Of a stretch of 64,000 bases of DNA, positions 15,547 through 24,979 are shown in pieces. The DNA comes from Synergistaceae bacterium (lineage in GTDB: Bacteria > Synergistota > Synergistia > Synergistales > Aminobacteriaceae), in contig JAISLU010000023.1 in assembly GCA_031277095.1 (NCBI GenBank), forward strand, positions 5 to 64,004, written 5' to 3'. The position numbers and the translations under genes were made by a program. The notes beneath the pieces were generated by a model. It was not told where the DNA came from, did no database searches, and was given only the letters and a program-made list of their open reading frames with translations. Every line of letters begins with the position of its first letter. Within the stretch, counting starts at the first letter, position 1.

Positions 15547-16469
15547 TGCAAGGGATTCGATTGAAGAGAGCGTGTTTGTTTTTGTGGTGGGCGGCCTGTT
15601 TATGGCGAGGAGCGCCTGCGGAGGCTTCCACCTCCGTGATCTTCCCGGAGAGCTGGGAAATCGGCCAGGCTTTTGCTGTGGCCCTGTCGTCCCACTCGGT
15701 CTTCGAGAGTCCATCGGTGACGTGGATGAACCGGGTGGTCTCCCTGGACGTGGAACCCGGGCGGGAAGGGTACGTTTCTTACGGGCTCCTGGGTTCCTAT
15801 GTGCGCGACGTGAAGCCGGGAGACTATCCACTGGAGTTCCAGTTCGTTCAAGACGGCGAACGGTTTCTCGTTCAATGCACCGTGCAATTGAAGGCAAAAA
15901 AATATCCGGAAGAACACCTGAAGGTGGACGGTAAAATGGTGACGCCGCCCAAAAAACAACTGGCGCGCATCCAAAAAGAGGCGAAGCTGACCGCGGCCGC
16001 CCGCAGGACGATGACGCAAAAACGTCTTTGGACGACTCCCCCCGCCCGCCCCGTTTCGGGAGTTTTTACCAGCAGCTACGGTTTTCGGCGTGTCTACAAC
16101 GGCGTTCCCAAGGGCTATCACGCAGGAACGGATTTCCGCGCGCCCGTGGGCACTTCTGTCAAGGCGCCCTTTGCGGGCAAGGTGGTTCTCACCGGAAATC
16201 ATTATTACGCGGGGGGGAGCATATTCATCGATTCCGGCAATGGGGTTGTCAGTCTGTTTTTTCACATGAGCGAGATTGCGGTGAAGGAGGGGGATACGAT
16301 CGCAAAAGGGCAAGTCGTAGGCAAAAGCGGTGCCACGGGGCGGGTTACCGGCCCTCATCTCCACTACGGGCTCAGCTTGGCGGGACAGTACGTGGATGCC
16401 GCCCCCCTTTTTGAGACCAGCATAACGGCTCTCCTGAAAACCATGAAAAGCGCGGTCGTCCGCGAGTAG
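15546..16469 (+). CDS. M23 family metallopeptidase
   Basis: Signal-like N-terminus, with YHAGTDFRAP and GPHLHYGL (HxxxD / HxH) motifs. The ATG overlaps the punA stop (TGATG). Confidence 0.85.
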   Translation: MQGIRLKRACLFLWWAACLWRGAPAEASTSVIFPESWEIGQAFAVALSSHSVFESPSVTWMNRVVSLDVEPGREGYVSYGLLGSYVRDVKPGDYPLEFQFVQDGERFLVQCTVQLKAKKYPEEHLKVDGKMVTPPKKQLARIQKEAKLTAAARRTMTQKRLWTTPPARPVSGVFTSSYGFRRVYNGVPKGYHAGTDFRAPVGTSVKAPFAGKVVLTGNHYYAGGSIFIDSGNGVVSLFFHMSEIAVKEGDTIAKGQVVGKSGATGRVTGPHLHYGLSLAGQYVDAAPLFETSITALLKTMKSAVVRE

Positions 16470-16706
16470 CGCCCTCGGAAACGCCAGGGGGGGCCGCGTG
16501 GCTTTTTAAATTTCACTTTTTTTCCACTTTTTTCCATCTTTTCCATCTCGCGGATTTGGGCTATCCCGTTATTGACGTTTGAAAATAAATGAGGTAGACT
16601 TCTCCCAATTGTATAGAAAAGTTACTGTGCAAAAAGCATGAAGGAAGAGGTTTGTTCAGGGGTTTCGTTATAAATTATTTATTGGATATTGGGGAATAAA
16701 CAACGT

Positions 16707-16792
16707 GCCGGGATGGCGGAATGGTAGACGCAGTGGACTCAAAATCCACCGAGGGCAACCTCATGGGAGTTCAAGTCTCCCTCCCGGCACCA
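16707..16792 (+). tRNA. tRNA-Leu (anticodon CAA), CCA encoded
   Basis: Acceptor GCCGGGA/TCCCGGC, anticodon arm GTGGA-CTCAAAA-TCCAC, long variable arm, T arm GGGAG-TTCAAGT-CTCCC. Confidence 0.9.
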
Positions 16793-16820
16793 AGACAATA
16801 AAACACAGAATTAGGTAGGA

Positions 16821-16851
16821 AGCCGCTCATTATTTGGGCGGCTGTTTTTTT
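16821..16851 (+). terminator. Rho-independent terminator after tRNA-Leu
   Basis: AGCCGCTCA-TTAT-TGGGCGGCT followed by GTTTTTTT. Confidence 0.7.
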
Positions 16852-17042
16852 ATTGAATATCATCAAAGATCGAAAGAATACTCTTTAATGTACTCACATC
16901 TTTACGCCAAATATTCTTCTTCGCGACGGCAGATACGAGCCACATCGCGGGAGGTTAGAATTCATTAAAGAACAAAAGACGTAAAAGTGTGTTAAAATGC
17001 TGCTTTAACAGTTAAGTCAGTGCCGATGCATGGAGGCAGTTT

Positions 17043-18587
17043 ATGCAAGAAAAAGAAATGTTGCGGATCGAACGTTTAACAAAAATCTATCCAGGTGGTG
17101 TACTTGCAAATTACGAAGTCAGCTTCAGCGTCAATCAAGGAGAAATTCACGCTCTTGTAGGAGGAAATGGCGCGGGGAAATCCACGCTGATGAAATGCTT
17201 GTTTGGTATCGAAGAAATCACTAGCGGGCAGATTTTCCTTGAGGGCAAGGAGGTATGTTTTTCCAGCAGCCAAGATGCCATCGATCATGGGATAGGTATG
17301 GTGCAGCAAAACATGATGCTCGTTCCTTCGTTCACTGTAGCGGAAAATCTCGTACTTGGCATGGAACCTCATAAAGGTATTTTTATCGATAAAAAGAAAT
17401 GTATCGAAGATACGGAAAAAATATCCCAGCGATACAACCTTAAAGTAGACGCAAAGAAACGAGTTCGGGATATCTCGGTCGGTATGAAACAAAAATTGGA
17501 AATCCTGAAAGCCATGTACAGAAACGCTAAAGTTATCATCCTCGACGAACCGACGGCTGTCCTGGCTCCGCAAGAAACAGAAGTGTTGTTTCAGCAATTG
17601 AGAAAATTAAGAGAGAATGGATTCACAATCATCTTCATTTCTCATAAATTGGGTGAAGTAAAGGCTTTATGTGATCGTTTGACGGTTTTAAAAGGAGGGC
17701 GGGCTGTTGGCACTTACAATGTAGCTGACGTGACTGAAAAAGACATCAGCCGGGCAATGATTGGACAAGATATCGCTGTCTCTTACGAAAAAAACGTCGG
17801 TAATTTGGGCGAAGTCTTGTTGCGAGTGGATAATTTGAGATATAAAGATTATTTTGGCGCACAGAAACTGAAAAATGTTTCGTTTTCGCTAAAAACTGGA
17901 GAAATATTGGGGATCGCTGGGATCGAAGGCAATGGGCAACTGGAAATCCTGAATATTCTTACAGGTAATTTGAAGGCGGACAGAGGACGTGTTTTTTTTC
18001 GAGGAAAAGATATCACTGGAAGAAAAATACGCTATATCAGAGACTGCGGTATTGCCCACGTTCCAGAAGACCGAGCCTACAACGGCAGCGCTATGGATAT
18101 GAGCCTTCGAGACAATTTCATTGCTCCCGCCCTAAAAAAATTTGTCGGGTTTATGGGGTTGCTCAACAGGAAAAAAATCGACTCTTACTGCAACAAGTGT
18201 GTGGCTGAGTATCAAATAGTCAGCCACAGTTTGAACGCACCCATCAAGAGCCTTTCCGGTGGCAACGTTCAAAAGTGCATCGTGGCTCGCGAATTTACAA
18301 ACGACGCGGAATGTATTGTCCTCAATCAACCTACACGAGGCGTGGATATAGGCGCGATGAAATTCATTCATAACAAAATACTGGAAATGCGGAGTTTACG
18401 CAAATCCATGCTCTTGCTCAGTTCTGATCTATCTGAACTTCAATCGCTCAGCGACAGAATTATTGTGATATACGAAGGCACGATAGTGGGTGTTATCGAG
18501 AACGTCGCGGAGACAAGTGAAGAAGAACTGGGACTCTACATGCTGGGCTTGCGAAAAGACTCCGACGATAAACTAATGAATATTTGA
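17043..18587 (+). CDS. ABC transporter ATP-binding protein, duplicated ATPase (CUT2/BMP-type nucleoside or sugar uptake)
   Basis: Walker A GGNGAGKST, a second domain GIEGNGQ, and LSGGNVQK signatures. Lower GC than the backbone. Confidence 0.85.
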   Translation: MQEKEMLRIERLTKIYPGGVLANYEVSFSVNQGEIHALVGGNGAGKSTLMKCLFGIEEITSGQIFLEGKEVCFSSSQDAIDHGIGMVQQNMMLVPSFTVAENLVLGMEPHKGIFIDKKKCIEDTEKISQRYNLKVDAKKRVRDISVGMKQKLEILKAMYRNAKVIILDEPTAVLAPQETEVLFQQLRKLRENGFTIIFISHKLGEVKALCDRLTVLKGGRAVGTYNVADVTEKDISRAMIGQDIAVSYEKNVGNLGEVLLRVDNLRYKDYFGAQKLKNVSFSLKTGEILGIAGIEGNGQLEILNILTGNLKADRGRVFFRGKDITGRKIRYIRDCGIAHVPEDRAYNGSAMDMSLRDNFIAPALKKFVGFMGLLNRKKIDSYCNKCVAEYQIVSHSLNAPIKSLSGGNVQKCIVAREFTNDAECIVLNQPTRGVDIGAMKFIHNKILEMRSLRKSMLLLSSDLSELQSLSDRIIVIYEGTIVGVIENVAETSEEELGLYMLGLRKDSDDKLMNI

Positions 18588-18644
18588 TTTTAAAAGTGAT
18601 ACCTGCTTCGGTATAGTCAATTTGCGCAAAAGGAGCATTTGTAC

Positions 18645-19811
18645 ATGCTGAAATCGAAGAATTTTGGGTGGTACGAAATTACACGAAACTTGGCCGCCAG
18701 TTTTTTGGCCTTTCTAATTGCTACGATTATCATTTTTGTCGTTGCCAGAGAAAATGCCAATATTGCGCTAAAAAATTTTTTCCTCGGCGCGTTCAGCAGC
18801 AGGCATAACTTTTCTAAAGTCGTAGAAGATTTTATTCCGATGGTATTTTCAGGGCTGGCTATCAATATCATGTTTAAAAGCGGACTTTTTTCTTTGGCGG
18901 CTGACAGTGCATTTTATATGTCGGGGGTTGTGGCAACTGCAATCGCTATCGGTATGCCGCTACCGGCGGGCATCCACCAAATCGTCATTTTGTTGGCTGG
19001 CGCCTTGGTTGGAGGATTGCTCTGTCTGATTCCGGTCGTCGTCCGTAAGTATACCGGAGCCCATGAATTGGTCACTTCCATGATGCTCGGTTACATTACC
19101 TTCAATTTCGGATACTGGATCATTCGAGAGTTTTTTCTCGATAAAAATAACGGAGTGTTTTCCACGACTTTTGCCGCTACCGCCACTTTATGTAAAATGT
19201 TCAAGGGAACTAATATTCATTTCGGTCTATTAATCATGGCGGCTGCCGTGATTGTCATGTGGATCGTCGTCGAAAAATCTCGTTATGGGCGGGAATTATC
19301 TTTTACCGGCTCCAATGAAAATTTTGCAAGATACGCCGGAATCGAAATAACGACGGTCATTATCATTTCTCAATTTGTCGGGGGCTTCTGGGCGGGGCTT
19401 GGTGGGGCGGTCACTATGATTGGCATCTTTAGAACTTTTCAATGGGTGACTCCTGTGGACTATGTTTGGGATGGCATCTTAATCAATCTGCTGGCTGGGA
19501 GAAAACCTCTAATGATTCCATTAGCCGCGTTTTTCATGTCTTCTCTGCGAGTAGGGGCCAATATCATGTCGCGAGTGGGCCATGTGGACTCAGAATTGGT
19601 CGCGATAATTCAGGCAATCATCATCTTGTTGATCGCGTCTGAGCGCTTTTTGTACCGTATGAAACAACGTAAGGAAGAACGTGAAGCCCTGCTAAACAGA
19701 ACATCGAACTCCATTCAAAATGAAGAGGTTCAAATTGAAGAGGTTCAAATTGAAGGAATTAAAGTTGAAGGGATTAAAATTGAAGATGTGCCTGGGAGTT
19801 CTCAATCATGA
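18645..19811 (+). CDS. ABC transporter permease (BMP-type system)
   Basis: Multi-TM protein. AGGAG lies 9 nt upstream of ATG 18645. The C-terminus has an EEVQI/EGIKV repeat. Confidence 0.8.
   Translation: MLKSKNFGWYEITRNLAASFLAFLIATIIIFVVARENANIALKNFFLGAFSSRHNFSKVVEDFIPMVFSGLAINIMFKSGLFSLAADSAFYMSGVVATAIAIGMPLPAGIHQIVILLAGALVGGLLCLIPVVVRKYTGAHELVTSMMLGYITFNFGYWIIREFFLDKNNGVFSTTFAATATLCKMFKGTNIHFGLLIMAAAVIVMWIVVEKSRYGRELSFTGSNENFARYAGIEITTVIIISQFVGGFWAGLGGAVTMIGIFRTFQWVTPVDYVWDGILINLLAGRKPLMIPLAAFFMSSLRVGANIMSRVGHVDSELVAIIQAIIILLIASERFLYRMKQRKEEREALLNRTSNSIQNEEVQIEEVQIEGIKVEGIKIEDVPGSSQS
19719..19790 (+). repeat. Tandem array 15 nt x~5 (ATTGAAGAGGTTCAA-type) in the last 30 codons of the permease gene
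   Basis: AATGAAGAGGTTCAA ATTGAAGAGGTTCAA ATTGAAGGAATTAAA GTTGAAGGGATTAAA ATTGAAGATGTG. Confidence 0.9.
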
Positions 19812-20731
19812 CGATATTGATGAAATTTTTTGTGACCGAGAGCTTTTGGTTTACCGTACTACGCTGTATCACGCCGATTTTATTTGCAACCTGCGCTTCT
19901 CTTGTGGCTAATATCTCCGGGGTTTATTTTCTGGGCGTCGAAGGCTGCATGACGGTTGCCGCGCTTTGCGGTGTTTTAGGCAGCGGTTTTTCCGGGAGCC
20001 TTTTCCTCGGTATGCTTTGCGGTATGGTAAGCGGAACATTGTATAGCCTCCTGCAAGCCTATTGCGTGCTGCGTTTGCGCGCGCAAACGATCATTACGGG
20101 AATTGCCCTGAACTTGGCGGCTGCCGGCGGATCGGAATTTTTGCTCTACACGCTTACAGGAGACAAAAATGCCAGCAATTCTCTTCCTTCCCTTGTCTTT
20201 CCTGTAGTCAACATTCCCTTGATCGAGGATATCCCGGTGGTTGGAAATATTTTATCAGGACATAACGTTCTCACTTACCTCTCTTTTATCGCCGCAATTT
20301 GTGTATTTATTATGATGAAACATACGCGATTTGGAATCAAATTGAGAGCTGTAGGTGAAATGCCTGCCGCAGCGGAGTCTGTGGGTATCAAGGTGGACGG
20401 TGTACGTTATAAGGCACTGTTCATCAGCGGAATTTTGGCTTCATTCGGCGGGATGTATTTGTCGATGGGCTACATTCACCGTTTTACTACCGGTATGGTG
20501 GCCGGACGGGGCTATATTTCTTTGGCAACTGAAGCTATGACAGGGGGAAACGCACTTATGGGCATCCTCTCTTCCTTTTTATACGCTTTTGGTAACTCCA
20601 TATCCATTCACCTCCAAAATTTCGGTTTCGATCCTTATTTGATAACTATTGTCCCGTATGTTTTCATTATTGTTTTCTACATAATTTTCAGTCTTGCCCG
20701 TAAATTACGAGAGAAAGACGGAAAAGCCTGA
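19808..20731 (+). CDS. ABC transporter permease (second subunit)
   Basis: Multi-TM protein with an ATGA overlap with the upstream permease gene. Confidence 0.8.
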   Translation: MTILMKFFVTESFWFTVLRCITPILFATCASLVANISGVYFLGVEGCMTVAALCGVLGSGFSGSLFLGMLCGMVSGTLYSLLQAYCVLRLRAQTIITGIALNLAAAGGSEFLLYTLTGDKNASNSLPSLVFPVVNIPLIEDIPVVGNILSGHNVLTYLSFIAAICVFIMMKHTRFGIKLRAVGEMPAAAESVGIKVDGVRYKALFISGILASFGGMYLSMGYIHRFTTGMVAGRGYISLATEAMTGGNALMGILSSFLYAFGNSISIHLQNFGFDPYLITIVPYVFIIVFYIIFSLARKLREKDGKA

Positions 20732-20793
20732 ACATATAAAGCAGTAATTGATTTTGAGGAAAGTAATTTATTTTGAAGAAGGAGTAAAGACTT

Positions 20794-21921
20794 ATGAAAA
20801 CCATGAACTGGCAAAGAGGAATTTTACTGGCGCTCATAGCACTTTCGATACTCTACATTTTGGGCTCTTGCAGCAGTGCCGCGACGTTACCCACTCTCAG
20901 CCCCAATACGAGCGGAAAAAAGATAAAGCTTGTTTTGGTTGTGCAACGTATCCATGATATGTCTTTTCAGCAGTCTGCCTACGACGGTACGCAACGCATC
21001 AAGGATAAATTGGGCGACTACTACGATGTTCAAGTGGAGGAAACAGGGAGCGACTCTACCGTATTGGAGAGCGCTATTTACGACGTTTGTGACAAAGGCG
21101 CGGATATTGTGATCGGCATGGGCTTCGAAAATCTAGAGAACTTTCAGAATATCCCCCCAGAATATCCCAATATTAAATTTATCTTGTTGGATGAAGTCCT
21201 AAATTATTCCGGTAAGAATCTTTCAAATTTATTGACCGTTACCTTCAAATCCAGCGAATCTGGTTTTTTAGCTGGAGCTGTTGCCGCCTATTACACGACC
21301 CCCCACGGCAATCCTGCAAAAACGGTGGGTTTCGTCGGAGGAACTGAAGCGGTCACAGTTACGGACTTTTTAGTGGGCTATGCGGAAGGTGTGCATTACG
21401 TCGATCCGAGCATCAAAATCCTTACGGCTTACGTTGGAAATTACTTTGATAGCGCCAAAGCCAAAGACTTAGCCAACGCCCAAATTGCCGAAGGAGCCGA
21501 CATAATCTTCCAAGCAGCAGGCGGCGCTGGAAATGGGGTGATAGAGGCAGCGGCTGAAGCTGAAAAGGTCATGGCCATTGGAGTCGATTCCGACCAATAT
21601 AAAATTCTCGAGGGTACAAATCTTCAGTCGTGTATCATCACTTCCAGCTTGAAACACTTGGATAACGCTTTGTTTATAATCGCCACCCAATATGCGGCAG
21701 ATCCGTCAAGCGTTGCCTTCGGTTCCACTGTAACCTTTGATTTAGAAGACGACGCTGTAGGAATCGTTTTTAACGACCACCTGACCGCCTCTATTGGAGA
21801 AAACAATGTATCGAAAATTCGCGAATTGCAGACTAAAATTCAAACTGGGGAAATTGTCGTCAGTGAAGCTGCATCTCTAACGGCTGATCAGATCGCGAAT
21901 ATCGTAAAAGGCAATCAATGA
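20794..21921 (+). CDS. BMP-family (PnrA/Med-like) ABC substrate-binding lipoprotein
   Basis: Signal peptide with lipobox ILGSC and a BMP-like core (FVGG...DFLVGYAEG...IFQAAGGAGNGVIEAA). Confidence 0.8.
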   Translation: MKTMNWQRGILLALIALSILYILGSCSSAATLPTLSPNTSGKKIKLVLVVQRIHDMSFQQSAYDGTQRIKDKLGDYYDVQVEETGSDSTVLESAIYDVCDKGADIVIGMGFENLENFQNIPPEYPNIKFILLDEVLNYSGKNLSNLLTVTFKSSESGFLAGAVAAYYTTPHGNPAKTVGFVGGTEAVTVTDFLVGYAEGVHYVDPSIKILTAYVGNYFDSAKAKDLANAQIAEGADIIFQAAGGAGNGVIEAAAEAEKVMAIGVDSDQYKILEGTNLQSCIITSSLKHLDNALFIIATQYAADPSSVAFGSTVTFDLEDDAVGIVFNDHLTASIGENNVSKIRELQTKIQTGEIVVSEAASLTADQIANIVKGNQ

Positions 21922-22203
21922 CCGTGGGACCTCATCTATAATCCGTAATTTCCGCCCTATTTTTCTACCAGGGGTATGTGGCCTAACAAAATCGAAAATG
22001 AATTAAGAGAAGTGTACCCGCTTTTCTCTGTTTCCTTTCCGGCCAAAGTTCTGGGCGGGCGGGCTTGCGTTTCCGTCGATTCAGCCGCGTGTTTTCCAGT
22101 GTTATAATTGCGCCGAAGAGACTATTACGCCTTCATGGGCATTTTCGGCCGCGTAGACACTGGAGAGAACCAGCGGTAGGAGTTCCGCGAGCGGCCGTGT
22201 CCG

Positions 22204-22803
22204 ATGGTGAAGGAAAGTTTTGAGGAGGCATTGACTGTGAAGAAAAATATCGGGGCCGCGCTGGGTATTTACCCGACGCCTGTGGTTGTGGTGGGAACCT
22301 ACGACAAGAACGGTAAACCCAATATCTCCACGCTGGCATGGACGGGAATTTGTTGCTCCGAGCCGCCCTCGGTGCAGGTTTCCATCCGCAAAAGCCGTTA
22401 CACCCATGAGGCCATCCTGGAGCGCAAGGTTTTCAGCGTGAACGTGCCCTCGACCCAATACCTGGTGGAGACGGATTACGTCGGCATCGTCTCGGGAAGA
22501 GACGTCGATAAATTCCAGGTGACGAAGCTCACCCCCGTGCGAGGGGAATCCCTGGATGTGCCGTTGGTGGGGGAATTTCCCATCTCCATGGAATGCCGCC
22601 TCACTCACACGGTGGAGCTGGGAAGCCATGATCTGTTCGTGGGGCAGATAATCTCCTGCTGGATCGCGGAGGAGGCCCTGCGCAACGGCAAAACGGACCC
22701 CAAAGCGATCGATCCCCTGACCTTCGTCCCGAGCGGAGGATATTTCGGCCTCTCCGACCTTCTGGCCAACAGCTTCAACGCGGGGAAAAAACTGATGAAG
22801 TGA
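22204..22803 (+). CDS. Flavin reductase-like FMN-binding protein
   Basis: YPTPVVVVGTYDKNGKPNISTLAW...FSVNVP...HDLFVGQI, typical of the flavin reductase / flavoredoxin split barrel. Confidence 0.75.
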   Translation: MVKESFEEALTVKKNIGAALGIYPTPVVVVGTYDKNGKPNISTLAWTGICCSEPPSVQVSIRKSRYTHEAILERKVFSVNVPSTQYLVETDYVGIVSGRDVDKFQVTKLTPVRGESLDVPLVGEFPISMECRLTHTVELGSHDLFVGQIISCWIAEEALRNGKTDPKAIDPLTFVPSGGYFGLSDLLANSFNAGKKLMK

Positions 22804-22967
22804 AACCAAACTAGGGATTGGGGAGGTAGGACAAAATTATAACGCCACGTATATTTTTCAAAAAAAACGCTGTCAGGGTGCTTTCCTTTGTACTTTTTCT
22901 CGTGTTTTCCCTTGAGTTTTCTTTTGATTTTTCCCTTCCGCTGAGGCCGGGCGCGGAGGCGCTGGGC

Positions 22968-24872
22968 ATGGAGAGGGCCGCGGAGTTGGAGCGAATCTGC
23001 GCGTCCGGAACCGGAGCCGAGTTGGAACTCGCCCTGGAGGAGGTTTCGGCGGACGTCGTTTTCCCCAACGGCAACCGCCCCCTGCACGTGGTGGCCGAAC
23101 GGTCCTCCGACCCCGCTATGGTTCGGCTGCTCGTGGACCGCGGAGCCTCGCTCTCGGAAGAAGGCCTCGAACGATTGACGCCTCTCATGCTGGCTGCCGC
23201 CTACAACCCCAACGTCGAAATAACGGAGGCGCTGCTCGAAGCCGGAGCTTCGGTGAATTCCGCCGACAAACAGGGCAGGACTCCCCTTTACCTGGCCTCT
23301 GCCACCAACGAATCTCCGGAGGTCGCGGCCTCCCTTTTGAAGCATGGAGCGCAGCCGAACCTTCGCGACAAAAGCGGCAGAACGCCTCTCTGGGCTGCGG
23401 CTGTGAGGGCCAATGGCGAAATCGTAACACTTTTGTTGAACGCCGGCGCTAAAGCGGACGAACCCAACAACGAGGGCGTTACTCCCCTCATGTTGGCGTC
23501 GGAAAAACCCGACGCCGCCGTTCTCCGGTGTCTCGTGGAGGCCGGGGCTGACGTGGGCGTGCGGGGGAAGAACCGATACACCCCCCTGATGAGCGCGGTG
23601 GCCGCCGGGGCCGATCTCGATTCCATCCGGGCGCTGCTGGAAGGAAAAGCCGACGTCAGCGCGGAAGACGATCAAAACAGGAGCGCAATTTTGATTCTCT
23701 CCTCGCGTCAAAACGCCGATCCGGAGATTTTGAACGCTCTGATCCAGGCGGGAGCCGACCCCAACGCCGTGGATTCTTCTTTGACGACTCCTTTGATGGA
23801 AGCGTGCAAACAAAAGAACGCGGCCTTGGCGGAGGCTCTTTTGAAAGCGGGAGCGGAGGTGGGACTTCGAGACCGCAATTCTTGGACGGCGTTGATGCAC
23901 GCGGCCTCCAAGGGCGCGCCCGAGGAGATCTACTCGCTGCTGAAAGGCGCGGGCGCGGATATGGACGAGAGTACGCGGGAGGGAACCTCCGCCTTGATGA
24001 TCGCCATAGAGGCCAAGGCGGGCGCGGATAGTCTTGGTGCCCTTCTGAGGCAGGGGGCGAACCCCAACCATAAAACCCACGACACCGTTTCCGCGTTGAT
24101 GAGCGCCGTGGCCAACAACGACATCGATGCCGTGAAAACGTTGCTGGAAAACGGCGCCGACCCCGATCAATCCACGTGGGACGGATTGTCTCCCCTGATG
24201 CTGGCCGTTCAGAGGACGCAAAACGAAAAAATGCTGGAAACGCTGGTCGCCGGCGGAGCATCCGTGAATCAAACGAGCGGGCAGGGCATGACGGCTCTCA
24301 TGGTCGCGGTCACGGTGGACAACGTTCCGGCCGTGAAAAACCTCGTGGCCATGAGCGCAGACCTGCACGTCAAGGACATGGACGAGTTCACATCCCTCGT
24401 TCACGCCATTCAGAGCCGCGAGGAAAATACCGACAATCTCGCGATCATCGATTTTCTCATCGCCTCCGGCAGCGATGTCAACACGACGGATTCCGGCCGC
24501 GCGACGCCGTTGATGCACGCCGCCCTGCGGGGGAAGCTGGAGACGGCCAAGCGCCTTCTCGGCGCCGGGGCGAAGGCGGATGCCGCCGACAGAGTGGGCT
24601 GGACGCCGCTGCACTTCGCGGCGCGGAGTTCCTCCGGGCTGGAGGTTCTCCGCCTCCTGCTGGAAGGGCGGAACGCCGACGTCCCCGACCACGGAGGTAC
24701 GACCCCTCTGATGGTTGCGGCGTCCTACAACAACGGAGACTCCACGTACCTCCTTCTTTCCGCCGGCGCCAGCCCTACCCGCACCGACCACACCGGGCGC
24801 AGCGCCTACGACTACGCCACGCTGAAAAACGCCCCCGAAACCAAAAGAATCCTCGAAGAAGCCCGAGAATAA
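22968..24872 (+). CDS. Ankyrin-repeat protein (~18-19 consecutive ANK repeats)
   Basis: A repeating ~33-aa unit of the form G-x-TPLM-x-A...G...v..LL..GA..n. ATG 22968 lies 8 nt after GGAGG. The ORF could extend to GTG 22878, which would add a hydrophobic N-terminus. Confidence 0.85.
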   Translation: MERAAELERICASGTGAELELALEEVSADVVFPNGNRPLHVVAERSSDPAMVRLLVDRGASLSEEGLERLTPLMLAAAYNPNVEITEALLEAGASVNSADKQGRTPLYLASATNESPEVAASLLKHGAQPNLRDKSGRTPLWAAAVRANGEIVTLLLNAGAKADEPNNEGVTPLMLASEKPDAAVLRCLVEAGADVGVRGKNRYTPLMSAVAAGADLDSIRALLEGKADVSAEDDQNRSAILILSSRQNADPEILNALIQAGADPNAVDSSLTTPLMEACKQKNAALAEALLKAGAEVGLRDRNSWTALMHAASKGAPEEIYSLLKGAGADMDESTREGTSALMIAIEAKAGADSLGALLRQGANPNHKTHDTVSALMSAVANNDIDAVKTLLENGADPDQSTWDGLSPLMLAVQRTQNEKMLETLVAGGASVNQTSGQGMTALMVAVTVDNVPAVKNLVAMSADLHVKDMDEFTSLVHAIQSREENTDNLAIIDFLIASGSDVNTTDSGRATPLMHAALRGKLETAKRLLGAGAKADAADRVGWTPLHFAARSSSGLEVLRLLLEGRNADVPDHGGTTPLMVAASYNNGDSTYLLLSAGASPTRTDHTGRSAYDYATLKNAPETKRILEEARE

Positions 24873-24979
24873 ACTCGGGCGAGCTAAAGTATGAAGAATC
24901 GCCGGAATATCCCGAGATCCGTGTGCGCAGTTTGCGCAGCAGGTTTCGGGATATTTCACATTGGGCAGCTTTCTTCGGC

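Noticed and set aside
14868-16469. 533-aa ORF spanning punA and the M23 peptidase (similarly 6084..6914 and 6758..7687)
   Set aside because: The 5' parts are out-of-frame read-through of the upstream genes with R/G-rich junk sequence. The genuine proteins start at 15546, 6462 and about 6890.
16707-21925. Integrative element (genomic island with att sites) at tRNA-Leu
   Set aside because: There is no integrase, no excisionase and no direct repeat of the tRNA 3' end at the distal border. Only the compositional shift is reported.
22100-22203. FMN riboswitch upstream of the flavin reductase
   Set aside because: I could not find the conserved FMN-element core sequences. Only generic hairpins are present, so it is reported as an unassigned structured leader at low interest.
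22605-24959. 784-aa ORF on the minus strand, the longest ORF of its region
   Set aside because: It is antisense to the ankyrin-repeat gene. It is Arg/Gly/Pro-rich without any domain signature, which is typical of a shadow ORF in GC-rich DNA. The plus frame shows clean ANK periodicity.
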